Shown piece after piece: positions 59,281 to 64,000 of a stretch of 64,000 bases of DNA. The notes beneath the pieces are model-generated. The model made no database searches and had not been told where the DNA came from. It saw nothing but the letters and a program-made list of their open reading frames with translations. Where the stretch lies: assembly GCA_048267305.1 (NCBI GenBank), contig JBLWXT010000011.1, positions 65,453 through 129,452 on the forward strand, written 5' to 3'. Every line of letters begins with the position of its first letter. Position 1 is the stretch's first letter. Source of the stretch: Owenweeksia sp. (GTDB lineage: Bacteria > Bacteroidota > Bacteroidia > Flavobacteriales > Schleiferiaceae). The position numbers and the translations under genes were made by a program.

Positions 59281-59838
59281 TTATTCGCCTGCTTTTTCTT
59301 CAGTTGCAGGAGCGTCCTCGGCTGGTGCCTCGGCAGTAGCTTCTACTTCACCCTCTTCAGCTGCAGGAGCTTCTTCAACAGGAGCGTTGGCTGCTGCCTG
59401 AGCTGCTGCACGTGCCTTGTTTACTTCTGCTTCTGCTTCTAATGCTTTTGCTCTTGCTTCAGCTTGTGCTTTAGAAAGACCTTCTTTCTTTCCTTCGATT
59501 CTTCCAGACTTATCGTCCATCCATTTATCGAATCTTTTTTCAGCTTCTGCTTCGTCAAATGCGCCTTTTTTCACACCATCCAAAAGGTGTTTTTTCATCA
59601 TTATTCCTTTGTACTTAAGGATAGCACGAGCGGTATCGCTTGGTTGTGCACCTTTAATTACCCAGTCAAGGGTACTGTCAAAGTTGATGTCGATGGTTGC
59701 AGGATTGGTATTTGGATTGTATAGACCCAAACGCTCAATATATTTACCGTCACGCTTAGAGCGACTGTCTGCTACTACGATGTGGAAGATGGGGCGGCCT
59801 TTACGACCATGACGCTGCAATCTGATTCTAGTTGCCAT
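59281..59838 (-). CDS. rpsP: 30S ribosomal protein S16 with a long Ala/Glu/Lys-rich C-terminal extension
   Basis: N-terminus MATRIRLQRHGRKGRPIFHIVVADSRSKRDGKYIE.LG.YNP. Residues from about 100 to 185 are a low-complexity A/E/K tail. Confidence 0.93.
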   Translation of the reverse strand: MATRIRLQRHGRKGRPIFHIVVADSRSKRDGKYIERLGLYNPNTNPATIDINFDSTLDWVIKGAQPSDTARAILKYKGIMMKKHLLDGVKKGAFDEAEAEKRFDKWMDDKSGRIEGKKEGLSKAQAEARAKALEAEAEVNKARAAAQAAANAPVEEAPAAEEGEVEATAEAPAEDAPATEEKAGE

Positions 59839-59894
59839 GCATTAATTGTTTTACAAGGGTACGCTGACCCGGTTAATTAATTTTTAAGAGGGCG

Positions 59895-59902
59895 CAAAAG
59901 TA
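59895..59902 (-). promoter_or_regulatory. Candidate -7 promoter box (TACTTTTG) for rpsP-rimM
   Basis: Exact TAnnTTTG, 57-64 nt upstream of the rpsP ATG. Confidence 0.4.
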
Positions 59903-59994
59903 GGGAAATAGTTTGTGTGAATAATAGTTAATTGTAAAATAGTTAATGGAGTCAATTCAGCTCTCAAAATATCAAATTCCTTAATTTTGAAACT

Positions 59995-60627
59995 ATGGCT
60001 TATTATCAACCCAAAGAAACCATACGCGGCCAATCCAATTTTGAAGAGCCGGGCCTTACGGGATTCTATACGGCCCGCGACTATCTGTCATGGACCTATG
60101 CCGGGCTGCGTGAACTCATTAGGGGGAGGGTATATGAAATGTCGCCCGCGCCAAGTTCCTATCATCAAAAAGTACTTGGGAAACTATACCTGGCTTTTAA
60201 TAAAAAGCCTTTGGGAAAAGGTTGTGAGGTTTGGTTGTCACCTGTTGATGTGTTTTTCTTTTATCCGGGCGAAGACCCCATGGAAACACCTAATGTGGTA
60301 CAACCTGATCTTTTTATACTTTGTGATTCATCTAAAATGGAGAAACGCGGATGTATGGGGGCGCCTGAGTTCGCTCTCGAAATCCTTTCGCCATCAACAA
60401 GTAAAAAAGATGCTTCGGAAAAGCTTACGCTTTATGAGGAATATGGTGTTCGGGAATATTGGATGGTTTCCATACCCGATAAATTGGTAATAGTAAACCT
60501 GTTAAATGATAAGGGTTTTTATGAAACTCAAAAACCTGTGGTTGAGGATAAATTGCTGGCTCCCCGTGATTTTCCTGAACTTGAAATTGACCTTAATCAA
60601 ATCTTTACAGGGATAACCACTGAATGA
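59995..60627 (+). CDS. Uma2-family (DUF820) PD-(D/E)xK endonuclease-like protein
   Basis: 210 aa with family-typical segments (..ELIRGRVYEMSPAPS..H, VQPDLFI, APEFALEILSPST...D...K...Y...GV.EYW.V). Confidence 0.75.
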   Translation: MAYYQPKETIRGQSNFEEPGLTGFYTARDYLSWTYAGLRELIRGRVYEMSPAPSSYHQKVLGKLYLAFNKKPLGKGCEVWLSPVDVFFFYPGEDPMETPNVVQPDLFILCDSSKMEKRGCMGAPEFALEILSPSTSKKDASEKLTLYEEYGVREYWMVSIPDKLVIVNLLNDKGFYETQKPVVEDKLLAPRDFPELEIDLNQIFTGITTE

Positions 60628-60641
60628 GTAGTTCGAAAAAT

Positions 60642-60683
60642 ATATCCCCGGCTCAATTACTGTTCCACTGAAACCGGGGATAT
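60642..60683 (-). terminator. Long-loop hairpin between convergent genes (probable terminator of the receptor-lipoprotein operon)
   Basis: ATATCCCCGG-22 nt-CCGGGGATAT. The minus strand is followed by ATTTTTCG. Confidence 0.5.
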
Positions 60684-60701
60684 GAATGTTGGGAAATCGT
60701 A

Positions 60702-61721
60702 TTACTCTATCCAAAAACCATTTGGATTTATTCCTGATCCAAAGCTCTTTTTAAAACTACCGTTGCGATCATAAATTAATACCTGTCCTTTTTGGATGAA
60801 ATCTATGGCATCGCTCAACCATACTTCATTAGATTCAGCTCTATAGCCAAGGCCGTAAAAGCTGTTGTTGTTTGAAGCTATAAAAGAGGTTGCCGGCTCT
60901 GCCGTGGCATTAATAGACATCTTGTAAACATCTCCCGTAAGGAAATAAAGGGAGTCGCGATTAGCATTGAAAACCATTTTGTTGGTGTAGGACCCTGCCC
61001 CTAAGGAGATGGTTTTTGTTACCGTTTCGGTTCCTGCATCAATCACTTCTAAAGCTCCATTTACATTATTGAATGGATCGCCACCACATAGCACCCATAG
61101 CATACCATTTTTGTCAACATCAATAGCGGTAGGGTTGAATGTTGTGGTAATGGTAGATACATTTCCTGTAGCCCAATCGAGCGCGGTAATGTGGCTGGTG
61201 TAGGTGTTTGTTATAAACACTTTTCCGTTGGCCATCACCATTTCTTCACTGCTGGAGGAAATATTGATATAACGGCTAATTGTTTTGGTAACGGGATTTA
61301 CCACTGCCAAACTATCGGAAAACAAATCCGAAACTAAAATCTCGGTTGGGGAAACCTTCAATGCAAATCGTGGGGATTTAAACCCGGTGATGGTACCTGT
61401 ACTTTCGAAGTTGTCCTTATTTACCACTTCTATTTTTCCTGAGTTATTTATTACCAGATAAACCTCATTTTCAATTTGGGTAGCAGATTGAAGCACATCT
61501 CCCAGCTTTCGGGCATTTGTTGAGCTAAATACGTTGGCAGAGTAAGTGTTGCTATCCACATCATACACACCTAAGGTACTGTTGCCGGCCTGGAAGTTTC
61601 CTTCATTAAGCACCCAAACCTTATTGGCTCCCGGTTTTACAACCTCCGGGGTTTCGGGTTTGTCATCCACACAAGAAGCCATTAGGCTTAATCCAAGAAG
61701 AGAATAAATCAGTTTTTTCAT
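60702..61721 (-). CDS. Surface beta-propeller lipoprotein (YncE/DUF5074-like), cobalamin-uptake associated by context
   Basis: 339 aa with a lipobox (LMASC) and the motif VWVLNEGNFQAGNSTLGVYD. It has a repeated propeller-blade pattern and overlaps the receptor gene stop by 4 nt. Confidence 0.65.
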   Translation of the reverse strand: MKKLIYSLLGLSLMASCVDDKPETPEVVKPGANKVWVLNEGNFQAGNSTLGVYDVDSNTYSANVFSSTNARKLGDVLQSATQIENEVYLVINNSGKIEVVNKDNFESTGTITGFKSPRFALKVSPTEILVSDLFSDSLAVVNPVTKTISRYINISSSSEEMVMANGKVFITNTYTSHITALDWATGNVSTITTTFNPTAIDVDKNGMLWVLCGGDPFNNVNGALEVIDAGTETVTKTISLGAGSYTNKMVFNANRDSLYFLTGDVYKMSINATAEPATSFIASNNNSFYGLGYRAESNEVWLSDAIDFIQKGQVLIYDRNGSFKKSFGSGINPNGFWIE

Positions 61722-63622
61722 TTTTGATGAATTAATTTGAAATTTAAATTGAGTCCGATTGAATAATTAATGCCGGGCATGGGGCGGCTGCGCACCACCT
61801 GATAGGGTTCGTTCCAGATATTATTGATCCGGAAAAAGAAGCTTCCACCAAATTTTTTCCACTGTGGGCTGTACGCCATATATAAGCTGCCCAATTGATA
61901 TGGGTCCAGCCATTCGCTATGGTCGGAGGTAGTATAGGTGTAGCCGGTATAGCTGTGGTTGTAGCGCAAAGAAAATTTGCTGTACTTCACTTCTATTCCT
62001 CCGGTGCCACTATAAATAGGTACGTAAATAAGTTGTTTGCCAACGGATGCATCATTAGCGCGGCTGGGCTTCTTATTGGTAGAAACAGTATAGTTGGTGA
62101 TGAGGTTAAGGCGAAAGCCAAACTTGCCTTTTTGCCATTGCAAATGGGAGTTTGTTTCCCAACCCCGGCTATGCACTTCCAGCAGGTTTTGAGGTGTCCA
62201 GATGCCGGATTGGGGTTGCCAGATAATCCAGTTTTTAATTTGTCTGTTAAAGGCGGATACTACAATTTGCCAGTTCCATTTTAGTTTAGAATTTGCCCAA
62301 ACCAAGCTCGCTTCCTGCGCATTTCCTTCTTCTGATTTTAAATCAGGATTGCCGCCCGGTGCCCAATACAAATCGTTTAGGGTGGGCGTTCGGTACACTT
62401 TAGAATATTGTCCTTTTAGCGATAAGCCATTTGTGATTTTCCAGGACATGCCAAGGGTATAGGTAAAGGGTGCCGTTTTCTGGTCAATGATTTCCTGCCT
62501 CAACATGGCACTTGCATCCAGTTTAGAAAAGAACGTTTTGCTCAATCCCGCAAAGGCCGATTGGCGGTGTTGCCATTTTGGTTCCCTTTTATAGGATTGT
62601 ACATCTGCCAAATATGAGGTTTGGTTAAAACCCAAATCCACATTAAAACCGCGCTTTAGCTTTCGGTTGAATTCGGCCTCTCCAATAAAGGTCTGGCTAT
62701 TATTAAAGTAGCTGGTATCGTCTGTAAGGTTGCTGTAGTCCTGCAATTCGCTAAACCATGCTCCTCTGATTTTTAGCTCTCCTTTTTTCAATTGATGAAA
62801 CCATTCTGCGGTCAATCGGCTCACATCATCTGTTTGGTTGGCCAATGTGGTTTCAAAAAGGGTAGGAGGTGTATTTCTGTCTGTTTGTTGATACCACCAG
62901 TTTAGGCTGATGAGGTTTTTGGGATTCAGGTTGAAATAGTTTTCGCTCAGCAGGGCTTTGGTTTCCACATCATTATTCCGTTGGGTTTCCTTTAGGTTGG
63001 TGAAGGGATTGATGTAATCAAAATCATTTTTGGCAAATTGATTCAATACAATCAGGCGATGTGAGAACCTTTTTGAGCCAAAGTCAATTCCCACGCTTTC
63101 CTTATGAAAACCAAAGCTACCTGCCTGTGTGCTTAAATTGACATTGAAATGGGGTTTGAAATCCGGCTTTTGGCTGAGGTGTATAGATCCGCCCACAGCT
63201 CCACTTCCCCACAGGGCACTTGATGCCCCGGGCTGCACCTTTACTTCGTCAAAAGCACTAACGGGAAAAAGGCTTAAATCGAAAATACCATTTAAGGGAC
63301 TATTGATGTTAAAACCATTCCAGGTAAGGGCGGTTTGTGAAGCATTGCCTCCCCTAAAGCTGGTGGAGGCGAGGTTACCGGGGCTGTAATGTTTTAGGTA
63401 TATACCGCTTTCAAACTGTAAAACCTCGGTAAGGGTTTGTCCTTGGTAGCTAATGAGTTGGGTGCTGTCAATATTAAAAACCTGACTGCCCACAGCAAAT
63501 TTTGAACTCCGTTTTTCAATTACAGAAACTTCTTTAAGAGAAATGGTGTCTATCTGCGCCAGTAAGCCTTTCCCGCCAAGGGTAAAAGTGAAGATGTAAA
63601 ATAAGGCCTGTGCTCTGCTCAT
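61718..63622 (-). CDS. btuB: TonB-dependent outer-membrane receptor, BtuB-like by riboswitch context
   Basis: About 634 aa from the ATG at 63622 (MSRAQALFYIF...), with a plug domain and a 22-strand barrel pattern. A cobalamin riboswitch lies upstream. The ORF-track TTG start at 63649 is less likely. Confidence 0.8.
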   Translation of the reverse strand: MSRAQALFYIFTFTLGGKGLLAQIDTISLKEVSVIEKRSSKFAVGSQVFNIDSTQLISYQGQTLTEVLQFESGIYLKHYSPGNLASTSFRGGNASQTALTWNGFNINSPLNGIFDLSLFPVSAFDEVKVQPGASSALWGSGAVGGSIHLSQKPDFKPHFNVNLSTQAGSFGFHKESVGIDFGSKRFSHRLIVLNQFAKNDFDYINPFTNLKETQRNNDVETKALLSENYFNLNPKNLISLNWWYQQTDRNTPPTLFETTLANQTDDVSRLTAEWFHQLKKGELKIRGAWFSELQDYSNLTDDTSYFNNSQTFIGEAEFNRKLKRGFNVDLGFNQTSYLADVQSYKREPKWQHRQSAFAGLSKTFFSKLDASAMLRQEIIDQKTAPFTYTLGMSWKITNGLSLKGQYSKVYRTPTLNDLYWAPGGNPDLKSEEGNAQEASLVWANSKLKWNWQIVVSAFNRQIKNWIIWQPQSGIWTPQNLLEVHSRGWETNSHLQWQKGKFGFRLNLITNYTVSTNKKPSRANDASVGKQLIYVPIYSGTGGIEVKYSKFSLRYNHSYTGYTYTTSDHSEWLDPYQLGSLYMAYSPQWKKFGGSFFFRINNIWNEPYQVVRSRPMPGINYSIGLNLNFKLIHQK

Positions 63623-63854
63623 GTTTTTCAAAAGAAACTCAGCGGCCAAATCCTTGCTTATGTATTACTGATCGATAGTGGGTGTTTTTTGCCACTCAAC
63701 TATCACTCAGCCCTACAAGCTTCAGGTCTGACAACCGCGTGTTACTCTCCCTTACGGGAAACAGAAAACAATTGGAATAGGTACAGTGGAAAATCTACAG
63801 GTATTGCCTGTGGTTTAAACTGTGCTTTTATCCCGAAAGCTTTCGTGTTAATTC

Positions 63855-64000
63855 TTTTGGCAGGTCTTCTGACTTACACCCTGCGATTCCGTCTTCCCAT
63901 CTCGGCTCAGCCGGGAAAGTGACTTAAAGATTGAATCGCGCTTAGCGGTGCTTACAGCAGCGGGAACTGTTCCGGATTTACACCGGATTCCCTTTTAATC
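63855..64000 (-). promoter_or_regulatory. Cobalamin (B12) riboswitch, 5' end probably truncated by the window edge
   Basis: The minus strand reads AAAAGGGAATCCGGTGTAAATCCGGAACAGTTCCCGCTGCTGTAAGC...GTCACTTTCCCGG...GGGAAGACGG...AAGTCAGAAGACCTGCC. The B12 box is at 63859-63875. Confidence 0.9.

Noticed and set aside
59987-60490. 167-aa plus-strand ORF overlapping the Uma2 gene in another frame.
   Set aside because: The 59995-60627 frame carries the Uma2 family motifs. The alternative frame is Trp/Arg/Lys-rich and looks like noise.
63689-63922. 77-aa plus-strand ORF at the right edge of the window.
   Set aside because: It lies antisense across the cobalamin riboswitch and its expression platform. 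The conserved RNA motifs explain why this region is conserved.
1-64000. Search for mobile-element genes (transposase, integrase, recombinase), rRNA, CRISPR-cas or recognisable multi-gene defense systems.
   Set aside because: No translation in the ORF track shows DDE, tyrosine-recombinase or serine-recombinase motifs, or Cas-like motifs. The only signs of insertion are the repeat-flanked four-helix-bundle and yefM-yoeB cassettes, which are reported above.

Overview
This is a Bacteroidota-type chromosomal segment. Three things support that assignment: many genes are preceded by an exact TAnnTTTG -7 box, one protein carries a T9SS type-B C-terminal sorting domain, and rpoD is the short 287-aa form. 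I can support about 55 protein genes, one tRNA-Glu(UUC) and two riboswitches. Most of the window is housekeeping: an RND efflux operon; rpoD-pnp-rpsO-accD-fbaB; a BamA/TamA-like gene; corA, cysS, folE, proS, rpsT, ilvE, pckA, rimM-rpsP. It also holds a methionine/SAM block. In that block metK is divergent from a SAM-I riboswitch that precedes a split metH and metF. At the right edge a cobalamin riboswitch precedes a TonB-dependent receptor and a beta-propeller lipoprotein. I found no CRISPR array, transposase, integrase, rRNA or obvious multi-gene defense island. Four loci deserve a second look. (1) metH is split exactly at the Hcy/pterin domain linker by a cassette that carries a four-helix-bundle (23S-rRNA-IVS-protein/Avd-like) gene and a 12-nt inverted/direct repeat family. 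(2) A two-gene operon encodes an extremely low-complexity Tyr/Gly/Trp-rich plus TPSRS-repeat lipoprotein and a 502-aa outer-membrane beta-barrel. (3) Two tandem LruC/DUF4842 lipoprotein paralogs each have the same CCTG-N5-CAGG palindrome upstream. (4) A yefM-yoeB cassette is bracketed by AT-rich repeats and has paired TGTAC cores spaced 12 bp apart. All family assignments come from reading the translations and motifs by eye. No database search was run.
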